The notes under the pieces are model-generated. The model was not told the origin of the DNA. It made no database searches and saw only the letters and a program-made list of their open reading frames with translations. Shown one piece after another: positions 52,277 to 61,437 of a DNA stretch of 64,000 nt (its first letter is position 1; every line of letters starts with the position of its first letter). Source of the stretch: an uncultured delta proteobacterium (lineage in GTDB: Bacteria; Desulfobacterota; Binatia; Binatales; Binataceae). The position numbers and the translations under genes were made by a program. Location of the stretch: positions 640,001-704,000 of the forward strand of contig CAVQEQ010000004.1 of the NCBI GenBank assembly GCA_963711565.1, given 5' to 3'.

Positions 52277-52320
52277 AAACCTAACCCCTAACCCCTTCCC
52301 TCGAGGGAAGGGGAACAATC
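52277..52320 (+). repeat. REP-like palindromic repeat
   Basis: aaacctaacccctaaCCCCTTCCCtcgaGGGAAGGGGaacaatc with a 9 bp stem. Confidence 0.75.
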
Positions 52321-52348
52321 GCGGAGGGTAGGAACGGCCGCGGAACGG

Positions 52349-52552
52349 CTAGTATTCGGTTTTGACGCGGGCGCGGCCGATGTCGTCGTAGAGATAAGTG
52401 TCGGACGGATTTTCGTCGCGCGTCTTTTTATGCGAGCCGTCGCAAAAGGGTTTGTTCTTCGATAGTCCGCACGCGCAGATATAGATCGGCAGCTCAGTGC
52501 CTTCCGGTACTTCGTAGGGAGAGTTTTTTTCGTGTCTGACCATTCGGGCCAT
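52349..52552 (-). CDS. CDGSH iron-sulfur domain protein
   Basis: [17 protein letters not shown]. Confidence 0.9.
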   Translation of the reverse strand: MARMVRHEKNSPYEVPEGTELPIYICACGLSKNKPFCDGSHKKTRDENPSDTYLYDDIGRARVKTEY

Positions 52553-52634
52553 GGATAAATCCTCGCGTTGAGTTTTAGTGCGGCGGCACCTGTGGCTCAC
52601 TTAAGACCAGGCGAGTCGCAGAGTCAAATGTCCG

Positions 52635-52943
52635 TCACTCGGTGCCGGCGTTGCGTTTCAGGTATTCGAGGATCGACTCGCGCTCGTCCGAGGTCAGCGC
52701 GGGCATGCCGGCGGCCTGGATCTTCACCTCCATCATCGTGACCTGCGTGTCCCACATCGCGGCCGTCATCTCATGGGGATTGTACGGTGCGTGGCAATTG
52801 CCGCATCGACTTACGTAGAGCTGCGCGTCAGGGCTGGCTGCGTCGGGGAGCGCGGCAGGTTTGCAACCCGCAGCGACGATGGTGAGGAGTGCGAGCGCGA
52901 GTGCGACGCGCGAAATTCGGCTAGCCGATTGAGATGCGCGCAT
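52635..52943 (-). CDS. Mono-heme cytochrome c lipoprotein
   Basis: AAGC lipobox and CGNCH. Confidence 0.8.
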   Translation of the reverse strand: MRASQSASRISRVALALALLTIVAAGCKPAALPDAASPDAQLYVSRCGNCHAPYNPHEMTAAMWDTQVTMMEVKIQAAGMPALTSDERESILEYLKRNAGTE

Positions 52944-53403
52944 CGGGGAAGCGGATGGCAAGCTGGGTGCGGAGGGAACCGATAAGAACGCGGCGGTCAT
53001 CTTCGTCGAGGGTTACCTTTCGTTCGGATTCCGGACGGAGCCAGATTGGTCCGCGCCGCAATTCGTCGGGTTCGTTTTCGTTGCGCGGCAACAGATGCCA
53101 ATGCACATGCGGTTCCGAATTGCCGAGACATTCGTAGTTCATTTTCCATGGCTTGACGACGACGGCGATAGCCTCGGCGACCAGGCGCATCTCGTCGGAA
53201 AGGAGTCGTGCCGCATCGGCGGGCATCAGGTAGAGCTCGGTCGCGTGAAGCTTTGCGAACACCACACAGTAGCCGCGATAGAATTGCTGATCGCCGAGGA
53301 TCACATAGCAGCTCTTCAGCTCCGCAACAAAATCGCGGAAGCTGCCGGCCTTGACGCGATCGATCATCGCGCAGATTCCGCAGGCGGGCTTCGCGGACGT
53401 CAT
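52921..53403 (-). CDS. HIT family hydrolase
   Basis: CGIC; LGNSEPHVHWHLLPR histidine triad. Confidence 0.88.
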   Translation of the reverse strand: MTSAKPACGICAMIDRVKAGSFRDFVAELKSCYVILGDQQFYRGYCVVFAKLHATELYLMPADAARLLSDEMRLVAEAIAVVVKPWKMNYECLGNSEPHVHWHLLPRNENEPDELRRGPIWLRPESERKVTLDEDDRRVLIGSLRTQLAIRFPDARISIG

Positions 53404-53951
53404 GAGGGATCCGCGGCCGGGACTGCGACGAGCTTAATGCTCGCGCCTTTGAGGAGCTGCTCGACGGTGTGAAGCTTGTACGGGCGCGCGTAATACACAG
53501 TGCGGACGCCGGTGTTGATGAGCACCTTGAGGCAATGGATGCACGGAGTATGGGTGACGTAGATGTCGGCGTCGCGGATTGCGGCGCCGTTACGGGCCGC
53601 TTGCGAGATTGCGTTGATCTCGGCGTGGATGGTGCGGTAGCAGTTCTGCTCGATCTCGCCGTCGGGCGTGCGCGACTCGTAAACGAGGCATCCGACCTCG
53701 GTGCAATGCGGCAATCCCGCGGGCGAGCCGTTGTAACCAGTCGCAAGAATACTGCGGTCGCGAACGATGACGGCGCCGACCTTGGCACGCAGGCAGGTTG
53801 AGCGTTCGGCGACCTCGCGCGTGATAGTCATGAAGTATTGGTCCCAGCTCGGACGTTCGGGCCTGGACTGTCGAGTCGCTTTGTCGGTCGGACTTTCGGC
53901 CAATACTGTTCCCCTCGATCGATCAGTTAAATGCGACTCAGATTTTGACAC
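53400..53951 (-). CDS. dCMP deaminase (ComEB-like)
   Basis: RPSWDQYFM, TGYNG, HAEINA, PCIHC. Confidence 0.92.
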   Translation of the reverse strand: MSKSESHLTDRSRGTVLAESPTDKATRQSRPERPSWDQYFMTITREVAERSTCLRAKVGAVIVRDRSILATGYNGSPAGLPHCTEVGCLVYESRTPDGEIEQNCYRTIHAEINAISQAARNGAAIRDADIYVTHTPCIHCLKVLINTGVRTVYYARPYKLHTVEQLLKGASIKLVAVPAADPS

Positions 53952-55020
53952 GGCAGAGTTGCCGCAGCATCTGATCGTATTGCGGCATATGATGGATTAT
54001 TTCCTGACTATGACTATTTTCGTCCGTCGGAATAGGCGCTTCGGGTTGGACGAAAGCGAGTGGCACCGGGCTGAACGTCACGATGAACAATACAACGGTG
54101 GCCCACGCAGCGAGAGCGCGGCGAGGATTCAGGGGGGTGTCGCGATCAATGGTAGAGGGATGCCCCAATCCGAGCGCGAGCACCAGCACTGCCCAGAGGA
54201 GCCAGCCCCACCATAGATTGTAGCCGAGCGCGAGCGGCACCAGCACCATCAGCACGCACGAGATAACGAACAGCACCGAGATCGTGCGATGGCGGCGCGG
54301 GAAAAGCGCATAGACCACGTGACCGCCGTCGAGCTGCCCGACCGGCAGCAGGTTCAGCGTGGTGACGAACAGCCCGAGCCATCCGGCGAATGCGATCGGA
54401 TGGAGATTTACGTTCACGGTCGAAGGATCGACGCCGAGCACCAGGTGCGAGAGGCCCAGGAACAGGAGCGAGTTGCCGAGTTCGAGACCGCCGGCGGTTT
54501 TATCCAGTGGCGTCACGTCGGAGAGATAGAGTCCGATGATCACGGCGGGTATCGCGAGCATCACGCCCGCCCACGGACCGGCGGCGCCGATGTCGAACAT
54601 CACGCGGCGAGTGCGCGCAGGCTGGCGCATGCGGATGAATGCGCCGAACGTGCCGATGATAAATAGCGACGGCGGCGCCGGAATGAAGTAGGGCAGGGAT
54701 GCGTTAACGTTGTGATAGCGCGAGGTCAGGTAGTGGCCCATCTCATGCGCGAAGAGAATCATCATCAGGGGAATCGAGAACGAAAGTCCCGAGCCTAGCG
54801 CCGCGATCGCGAGAAACGGATGGAAGAAGGAGACCTCCTCGCCATTCATGTACGCGCCGGCGGTGGTGGTAGTCAGGAAGGTGAGCAACAACAGCGCGAC
54901 GTTCAGCGGCGGAATTCGCGGGCGGTCGAGCGCGCGCGCGGCTGGCTCGGGCGGCGCGCTATAACGCGGAATTTCGGTAAGGACGGTGGGGGTGTCCTTG
55001 TGTGTGATTATTTCATCCAT
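53938..55020 (-). CDS. Site-2 protease (M50 family)
   Basis: HEMGH and NLLPVGQLDGGH. Confidence 0.92.
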   Translation of the reverse strand: MDEIITHKDTPTVLTEIPRYSAPPEPAARALDRPRIPPLNVALLLLTFLTTTTAGAYMNGEEVSFFHPFLAIAALGSGLSFSIPLMMILFAHEMGHYLTSRYHNVNASLPYFIPAPPSLFIIGTFGAFIRMRQPARTRRVMFDIGAAGPWAGVMLAIPAVIIGLYLSDVTPLDKTAGGLELGNSLLFLGLSHLVLGVDPSTVNVNLHPIAFAGWLGLFVTTLNLLPVGQLDGGHVVYALFPRRHRTISVLFVISCVLMVLVPLALGYNLWWGWLLWAVLVLALGLGHPSTIDRDTPLNPRRALAAWATVVLFIVTFSPVPLAFVQPEAPIPTDENSHSQEIIHHMPQYDQMLRQLCRVKI

Positions 55021-55860
55021 TTATTTGCGTATGCCTTTGGGAGCGACCAGAGAAACCGGCGAGCCGGGCCCGGCGGCGAAGTGCATGGCAGCGTTGCCGT
55101 CGCGAATCGCGACTTCGAGCAGGCCGAAGCTTCCGAATATTGCGAGAGGAACACCTTCTGGCGCGTCAGCATAGGCGTCGAGTAACCGCATCGCCGCGCC
55201 ACCTCTGATCCTAACGGAAAGGGATTTGTGGCGAAAGCGAGAGCCGAACTGTTTGGCAACCTGCCGATCGATGTTGCTCACCAGATTGCCGAAGCCGTCC
55301 ACATAGATCACTTCGCCGCGCACCTCGCGCCCCGACTCCACAGGTCGCGGCAGATTGAGTCGAACAATCGAGCTCGGGCCGAGTGCAGGCCCCAGCGCGG
55401 AAATCGGCGTGCCACGCCAGAGGTACGCTGCCGCAGGTGCGAAGATGTCGCGACCGTGAAAGGTAGCACTCACGTTGGTAAGACGATGGCTGCGCGAAGT
55501 AAGTTTCACGACTCGCTTGATACCCGCCTGAGTGGCGGCGAGCCAGAGCAGGCCGTTGTCGGGTCCGACGAAGCGGGCGCCGCTATGAGTCTCGATGGCA
55601 ATCGGCGCGCGCGCAGTTCCAACGCCCGGATCGACAACCGCGAGAAATACAGTTCGCGGCGGGAAGAAGCGCCAGGACTCGCGCAGAGCGAGTGCGCCAG
55701 CCACGATGGATTGCGCGGGGATGCCGTGGGTGATGTCGATGACGACGGCTCCGGGAGCGATCGACGCGATCACGCCCTTCATCGCACCCGTATAATGGTC
55801 GCGGTAGCCGAAGTCGGTTATGATTGCCAGCGGGAACGGGCGTCGCACGAGCGTCGGCAT
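55021..55860 (-). CDS. SAM hydroxide adenosyltransferase (DUF62 / chlorinase-fluorinase superfamily)
   Basis: TDFG, DITH, VVDPGVGTAR, GPDNG, TFHGRDIF, VDGFGN. Confidence 0.88.
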   Translation of the reverse strand: MPTLVRRPFPLAIITDFGYRDHYTGAMKGVIASIAPGAVVIDITHGIPAQSIVAGALALRESWRFFPPRTVFLAVVDPGVGTARAPIAIETHSGARFVGPDNGLLWLAATQAGIKRVVKLTSRSHRLTNVSATFHGRDIFAPAAAYLWRGTPISALGPALGPSSIVRLNLPRPVESGREVRGEVIYVDGFGNLVSNIDRQVAKQFGSRFRHKSLSVRIRGGAAMRLLDAYADAPEGVPLAIFGSFGLLEVAIRDGNAAMHFAAGPGSPVSLVAPKGIRK

Positions 55861-55941
55861 CGCGAATAGTAGATGCGAAATAGCCGCGTCGCGCAATTTC
55901 CCGAAGCCGGCTCGCAACACGCGTCGAACAGATCCAGATCA

Positions 55942-57543
55942 ATGAAGCGCAACTTTCTGCCGGATGGCTGGCAAGCACAGGCTGGGGTAGTCCTGCTGAT
56001 TGCTGTGGCGGTCGGCACGATACTACGCTTTTTTCGACTCGGCTCGCGCGAGTTGTCGATTGACGAATCGCTTTCGTGGGCCGAGTCGTCAGGGCCGAGA
56101 GTGGCCGACGTTTTGCGCACACAGCATCAACTGGATTCCGGCAAGTTCCCGATTTACGAGCTCGCGCAACACGGATGGATGCAGATTTTCGGCGAGAGCG
56201 AGGCGGCGATGCGCGCGTTGCCGGCGCTTATCGGCTCGCTGTCGATCGTGCTGGTGTTCATCCTGGGCGTGGAACTGATGTTGGCGGTCAGGGGAAGCCC
56301 GAAGACCTCGCCTCCCGAGCCGCGCTCGGCCGTCTCTCCCGCGAAAGAACGGGAGCGAAATGAGGAGGGCGGCATCTACATGGTGGCGGCTGCGTGCGCG
56401 CTACTCTTTGCGGTTGGGCTTCCGTCGGTCGAAATCGCGCGCCAGGCACGGATGTACTCAATGATGCAGGCGTGGATTCTCGCGCAGGTGATCTTCCTGG
56501 TCCGTGCATGGCGCCAGGGCGGGTTGGCGAACTACGCCGGTCTCACAATTTTTTCAGCGATCGCAGTGGCCACGAACTTTACCGCCACGCTGGTGATCTC
56601 GGCCGAGGTGTTGTGGCTGATCTATCTGGGGTTCGCCCGCACACAAAGCGATGAAGAGTCGGGAAGCGCTGAACCATGGATGATGGGAGCCGCACTCGTC
56701 GTCGCGATGTTGTTGCTGCTGCCTTTTCTTGCCGGTCTGCGATACGGGGTCGAGGGCGTGCAGCGTGGCGACTACGACTGGATCAAGCCGCCGGGGCGGT
56801 GGGAGCCATTGGCTACGTTCGAGAGCGGACTCGGTAGCTGGCCGTTCCTGCTTTTCGCGCTGTTCGCGATCATGGGTGGGATTCGGCTGTGGCGCTCGCA
56901 CAAAGATGTCGCGGCGCTGCTGATCCTCTGGATCGGGCTGCCGCCGATCGTTCTGTTCGCGGGATCGTACTTGGTTACTCCGATGCTGGTAACGCGTTAC
57001 CTAATATCCTCTTTCGTTCCTTTGTTCATACTCACTGCAATAGGCATTGAGGCTTTACGTGCGCGAAGTTACCGCGCAGTCGCGATACTCGCGATAGTAA
57101 GTCTCTCTATATTGCGGGTGTCGTCGGATCTGAGGCCGGGAGATAGTCGGTGGCGCGATGCGTGTGAGATAGCGCTCACTAGAGCGGGTTCGGAGCGGCG
57201 CATCGGCGCATTTCACGAGTACTATCTCGTTTCCTATTACATTCCCGCAGCGGAGCGGGACAGTGTAGAAGTGGTTCGAGTTCCCCTTCATGGAGTTGAG
57301 GGAGAAGCGCCGCGAGTGGTGGTCGTTTCGCCAACGGCGACGCCTGCGCAAGTCGCCGAGATTCGCCGGGACTATCCGCTACTCGTGGCGACTTTCAAAA
57401 ATGTGATCGTATTGTCGCGGGTCCCAGCGGACACGCAGAATGCGCCTGCGGCTAATCGCGCGGCGCGACCGAAACGTAGCGGTTGCCGCGTTCATAGAAC
57501 CGCCATCGCTTCGATGCCCAATGGCCGGCGTAATCGACGTTGA
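55942..57543 (+). CDS. Glycosyltransferase family 39 (PMT-like) membrane protein
   Basis: LRFFRLG...SIDES, GESEAAMR, QARMYS, TRYL; many TM segments. Confidence 0.78.
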   Translation: MKRNFLPDGWQAQAGVVLLIAVAVGTILRFFRLGSRELSIDESLSWAESSGPRVADVLRTQHQLDSGKFPIYELAQHGWMQIFGESEAAMRALPALIGSLSIVLVFILGVELMLAVRGSPKTSPPEPRSAVSPAKERERNEEGGIYMVAAACALLFAVGLPSVEIARQARMYSMMQAWILAQVIFLVRAWRQGGLANYAGLTIFSAIAVATNFTATLVISAEVLWLIYLGFARTQSDEESGSAEPWMMGAALVVAMLLLLPFLAGLRYGVEGVQRGDYDWIKPPGRWEPLATFESGLGSWPFLLFALFAIMGGIRLWRSHKDVAALLILWIGLPPIVLFAGSYLVTPMLVTRYLISSFVPLFILTAIGIEALRARSYRAVAILAIVSLSILRVSSDLRPGDSRWRDACEIALTRAGSERRIGAFHEYYLVSYYIPAAERDSVEVVRVPLHGVEGEAPRVVVVSPTATPAQVAEIRRDYPLLVATFKNVIVLSRVPADTQNAPAANRAARPKRSGCRVHRTAIASMPNGRRNRR

Positions 57544-58057
57544 TCCTTGACGAGCGGCCGATGCGTCCGACCGGGAGTTCCGAGTGCTCCAGGTAGAGCC
57601 GTCCACCGCATAAGTCCCGTCCATAGTCGGCGCCCGTAATAGCCAGTGCATTAGTCAGTTTGCCGGGGCCATTAGTCAGTTCACGGGAATCGGGCGGTTT
57701 GCGCCGCCGCCGCGCCATCAAAGCGATACCTCGCAGCGGCTCGATGGCTCGGATCAGTACAGCGTGCGGCTTCCCATCGGCAGTAGTCACAAGGTTAATC
57801 GCCCAACTGATTCCGTATAGCAAGTACACATAGGCGTAGCCCGGTGGTCCATACATCGCGGCGGTTCGTTTGGTGAGTCCGCGCGCGCTATGCGCGGCGA
57901 GATCGAGCGGGCCGCGATATGCTTCGACCTCCACGATTCGGCCGGCCGCAGTACCCTGGGCGGTGCGATGGACGAGAACTTTGCCGACGCATTCGCGCGC
58001 CACGAGCAGGACTGGGCGGGCGTAAAATTCGCGCGTCAGCTTCCGCGACTCACTCAT
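57452..58057 (-). CDS. mpg: DNA-3-methyladenine glycosylase (MPG/AAG family)
   Basis: GRIVEVEAY, YVYLLYG, AVLIRA, TNGPGKL, WRFY. Confidence 0.92.
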   Translation of the reverse strand: MSESRKLTREFYARPVLLVARECVGKVLVHRTAQGTAAGRIVEVEAYRGPLDLAAHSARGLTKRTAAMYGPPGYAYVYLLYGISWAINLVTTADGKPHAVLIRAIEPLRGIALMARRRRKPPDSRELTNGPGKLTNALAITGADYGRDLCGGRLYLEHSELPVGRIGRSSRINVDYAGHWASKRWRFYERGNRYVSVAPRD

Positions 58058-58067
58058 CGCGACTTTT

Positions 58068-58691
58068 TTACTGCAACTGCGGAAAGCAGGGCAACTCGGG
58101 CGTCAGAGTGTAGCTGTACGCTCGTCCGCGCCATGTAAATTCGCCCTGTGCGGTGCCGAACACTTGTCTAATCGTGTCGGATTTCTGACTCTCGTCGAGG
58201 CTGTCGGTCTGGACTGGGGCGTAGGAGAGGAAGTGGCTGGACCCGGGCGTAAGAGCGGGCTCGAGGGGCGGTTGGAAGTTGAGCTTGTCGAGGCCCGGCT
58301 TGGGCGCCCAGCCGCCGGAAGAGGAGTCGGGAGCCCTGACGAAAACCCAACGGTGGTCGGAGCCATTTCCGAGCAGGGTCCATTGGCGGCTCTCGATGGC
58401 GCCCTGGTTGATACGAAGTTCTTCGACGCCGGGCGTAGCCGCGACGAGCTGATCGCAATGTTCCTGCAGATCGTCCTTTGGAAGGCTCGCGTCGGTTCGA
58501 AGGGCAGTCTGCTGGTCGGCGTAGGCCTGCAACTGTTGTTGAGTGGGCTGATTCGCGGAGATTGGTTTGGCCCCAAAATGGAAGCATCCAGCGGATGCGA
58601 GAGTGAGGCATCCCGCGATGAGCAAAAGAATGGCTCTACGGCGGGGAGGTCGAGAAGCGCGCCGAGCGGCGGGATTAAAGCGGAGATCCAT
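58068..58691 (-). CDS. Hypothetical lipoprotein
   Basis: Basic N-terminus, hydrophobic stretch and SAGC lipobox; follows in the same direction into mpg. Confidence 0.6.
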   Translation of the reverse strand: MDLRFNPAARRASRPPRRRAILLLIAGCLTLASAGCFHFGAKPISANQPTQQQLQAYADQQTALRTDASLPKDDLQEHCDQLVAATPGVEELRINQGAIESRQWTLLGNGSDHRWVFVRAPDSSSGGWAPKPGLDKLNFQPPLEPALTPGSSHFLSYAPVQTDSLDESQKSDTIRQVFGTAQGEFTWRGRAYSYTLTPELPCFPQLQ

Positions 58692-58776
58692 ACCAGAGAA
58701 TTTCTGGTTGGCGGCAGCGAAGTCAATGCCAAGGCAAACAGCGGGATTTGCGCACGCCAGGTCCAGGGCGATTCAA

Positions 58777-58805
58777 TTGACAGTCGGAAGGGCGCTACCT
58801 ACACT
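58777..58805 (+). promoter_or_regulatory. Sigma-70 promoter of tRNA-Gly
   Basis: TTGACA-N17-TACACT, 9 bp before the tRNA. Confidence 0.8.
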
Positions 58806-58814
58806 CGCGTCAGA

Positions 58815-58889
<75 letters not shown>

Positions 58890-59125
58890 CGATTTCTCAC
58901 AGAAGAATCAACTACTTGTGAAGATGAGCGTGTCGCTACTGCTGAACTGAGACGGGGAAGTAGGAGAAGAGCCCGTCCTCTGCCGTCGAGACCCGAACCA
59001 CCATCCCTCCATCGACGAGATTGGTGTCTCGTGCCGCACTTGACGCTCGCTAGACTGATCGGGAAGAATTGCGTCACGGCGCCGACCGGTCGCCGAGCTG
59101 TGGAACATCCGCCCCAGCCGGAGTT

Positions 59126-59220
59126 CTGTTAGCGAAGGGGAGTTGCCCTCACGGTCGTCGCTTTCACAGGCCATCTCTCAACACCGCGTCGCTGGTGGGA
59201 CGAAGGTGTAAAGAGGAGGC
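59126..59220 (+). ncRNA. Putative structured cis-regulatory 5' leader
   Basis: Two hand-folded multi-stem hairpins; the second pairs across the AGAGGAGG ribosome-binding site. Confidence 0.45.
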
Positions 59221-59226
59221 TTGTCC

Positions 59227-60294
59227 ATGACCAAGCACGGCAGTTTCAAGAAGGTCGTCCGCCGCCACGCTGAGGAAACGGGTCAGCGCTACACCGAAGC
59301 GCTCACCGACCTTGAAGGGCTCCAAGCCCGGATGTTTCACCAGCCCGTCGGTGAGCGTCTGGTCGCACATCTCCGCGATCACTACGGCATCGGCGCGGTC
59401 GCCGCGACGAAGGCCAGTCAGCATCATGACCACGTCTTTCGCGTTGACCGCAGCGACGGCGACCCGTGGATTGCGCGCGCGTTCTCGCCGGCCCGACCGC
59501 GGGCCGGGGTCGAAGGCGATGCCACAATCCTGCGGTTCCTCGAGCGGCACGACTACCCGGCGGAGCGGCTCGCGACCGACGACGCGGTGTCGGCGTTCGA
59601 CGACTCAACCGTCCTCGTCACCCGATTCGTTCCCGGCGGGCCGCTCCCCATGGCCGTCGGACACGAGGGCAGCGAGAAGTTCGCCATCATGGGTGACCTG
59701 CTCGGACGGCTGCATACTCTGCCGTTCGACGTGTCCGCCAGCCGCCCCGGTGGGGCGAGCGGGGATGATCCCAGCCGCGAGGGCAGCCCGCGTCAGGACC
59801 TGATGGCGGCGCTCGCGTTCCTCGACGCGGTCGACACGAAGGTCGCTCCGGCCGAGCGCGAGCGATTCGAACGGCTCCGCGATCGGGTGCGCTCGGCCGA
59901 CGACGGCCAGGGCCTGCCCGAGGCGTTGCTGCACGGCAACCTCCTCCACGCTCCGGATCACGTGATCCGGAGCGAGCAAGGGCCGGTGGCGATCAACTTT
60001 AAGGCGGCCGGCCGCGGCCCGCGCCTGGCGGACTTTGCGTGGCTGATGTGGGGCACCTGGGGCAACGCGGACTGGATCAAACTGGCCGTAGACGCGTACC
60101 GCCGGCACGTCGAGTTGACCGACGACGAGCTCGAGCGGCTCGAGGCGGTGATGTACATACGGCCGCTGTACCTGGGTTGCTTCAGCTACCGGCGCGACCT
60201 GGTCAACGGCCGCCCGCCGAAGGAAGTGTGGGGCTTCGTTAACCCCGAGCACATCGGCGCAATTGCAGCCGCAACCCGAGCCGCCTGCCGCTGA
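59227..60294 (+). CDS. Aminoglycoside phosphotransferase-fold protein with Asn at both catalytic Asp positions and a small basic N-terminal domain
   Basis: VFRVDR...WIAR, LLGRLHTL, LLHGNLL, AINFK, GPRLAD; N-terminus MTKHGSFKKVVRRHAEETGQRYTEAL; GGAGG RBS. Confidence 0.82.
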   Translation: MTKHGSFKKVVRRHAEETGQRYTEALTDLEGLQARMFHQPVGERLVAHLRDHYGIGAVAATKASQHHDHVFRVDRSDGDPWIARAFSPARPRAGVEGDATILRFLERHDYPAERLATDDAVSAFDDSTVLVTRFVPGGPLPMAVGHEGSEKFAIMGDLLGRLHTLPFDVSASRPGGASGDDPSREGSPRQDLMAALAFLDAVDTKVAPAERERFERLRDRVRSADDGQGLPEALLHGNLLHAPDHVIRSEQGPVAINFKAAGRGPRLADFAWLMWGTWGNADWIKLAVDAYRRHVELTDDELERLEAVMYIRPLYLGCFSYRRDLVNGRPPKEVWGFVNPEHIGAIAAATRAACR

Positions 60295-60380
60295 TCGGTA
60301 CTCCCACTGCGCGCGACAAGTTCGATCACCTCGGAACCTATCGCGAGGTCGGCGCTCCTGCCTCGCTGCCCTTCCGTGCC

Positions 60381-60416
60381 GGACGTGGCCGGTTCGACCC
60401 CGGTCGCCCGCTCCAC
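60381..60416 (+). repeat. attR-like duplicate of the tRNA-Gly 3' end
   Basis: ggacgtggccggttcgaccccggtcgcccgctccac vs tRNA ggacgtcgccggttcgaccccggtcgcccgctccac. Confidence 0.9.
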
Positions 60417-61301
60417 TCATTCACGATTCTTCAGCTGCTGACCTTCGCCGAGTCCGTATACCATCGCGGTTTTGGTGGTGCCAAGTTTGATCCATTCCGC
60501 GCAATCGAGCTGCACCCTTTTGTAATACTCTTCAGAGAGCTCGAGCGACTCCTTGCTTACCTCGTCGAGCCGGTCGAACTTGCACTGAAAGGCGAACTCG
60601 CCCGATAGCGATTTCTCCAGAGCGCGGCTGCGCCAGATCGCGACAGTCGTCTTACCCTTGAAGTGGTGTCCGAAGTGAATGATGCCCATCGTATTTTGTA
60701 CTTCTTCGACGGCCACGTTGTTCACCAGCATCATTTTGGTCCGGGGCCTGATGTCTATGCGCTTGAGGGTGGGAAAGGCTTTGGCGATGTCCTCGATGCC
60801 GCGGTCGAGCTCGATCTTGGGCGAGGTGAGCACGCATCCATGCGAATAAACGCTGCGCATCCCGCCGAGGCGGTCGCGCTCGAGCAACAGTTCTTCTTTA
60901 AACTTTATCTCGTCGTGGCCACCCAATTGCGGACGCACGTCGATGGCGGCGGCATCCTTGAGCTCCGGCGCGCGGTACTTGAAGGTCAGCTCATGGCCGG
61001 GGCGGGGCCATCCCTGGTCGTAAAAAGTGCGTTTTCGCAAAATGAAGTGGTTGTTGTAGAGGTCGAACTGCGGAGTGTCATAAAAGAGCACTTCTCGAAC
61101 CTGGCTGTCGAACGCGTGCTCGTCCACATCAACCTTGATGTGGAGCTTCTTAAGGGTCTTGGAAGCTGCTTCCCAAAATTCGAGGAAACCATTTTTGCTC
61201 GTAAAACGATCGGGCTGAAGGAGGATTTTATACTCGCGGTAGTGAACTACGTCGCCAGCGAGATGCTGCGTTTCGGGATGCTTGCTTATGTGCTTGTCCA
61301 T
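60417..61301 (-). CDS. CYTH/triphosphate tunnel metalloenzyme-like hypothetical protein
   Basis: REYK (ExK), FYDT..FDL....FILRKR, LTFKYR, KEE, C-terminal TKT pattern. Confidence 0.6.
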   Translation of the reverse strand: MDKHISKHPETQHLAGDVVHYREYKILLQPDRFTSKNGFLEFWEAASKTLKKLHIKVDVDEHAFDSQVREVLFYDTPQFDLYNNHFILRKRTFYDQGWPRPGHELTFKYRAPELKDAAAIDVRPQLGGHDEIKFKEELLLERDRLGGMRSVYSHGCVLTSPKIELDRGIEDIAKAFPTLKRIDIRPRTKMMLVNNVAVEEVQNTMGIIHFGHHFKGKTTVAIWRSRALEKSLSGEFAFQCKFDRLDEVSKESLELSEEYYKRVQLDCAEWIKLGTTKTAMVYGLGEGQQLKNRE

Positions 61302-61437
61302 TGCGGCACTATACTCCTGGAAATTGGCGGAAGCATTGCAGGCGGGATCGTAGTTGGCAGCACAGACTAACGCAATTGCACTTTGGTGCAGCGCCGATGA
61401 TGGAGAAGGTGGCGCAAGACCGGCGTCGACGAAACCG

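Noticed and set aside
55021-55860. SAM-dependent chlorinase/fluorinase forming a halogen cycle with the dehalogenases
   Set aside because: It retains the DPGVG..R and FHGRD residues of the widespread DUF62 hydrolases and sits in a housekeeping-type operon.
59227-60294. Functional aminoglycoside resistance gene
   Set aside because: Both catalytic aspartates are replaced by Asn.
60340-60416. Second tRNA gene
   Set aside because: Only the 3' 36 nt match; there is no D arm or pairing 5' acceptor strand.
61325-61340. Sigma-54-like TGGCGGAAGCATTGCA
   Set aside because: Points antisense into the 3' end of fadL with no downstream gene; likely chance.
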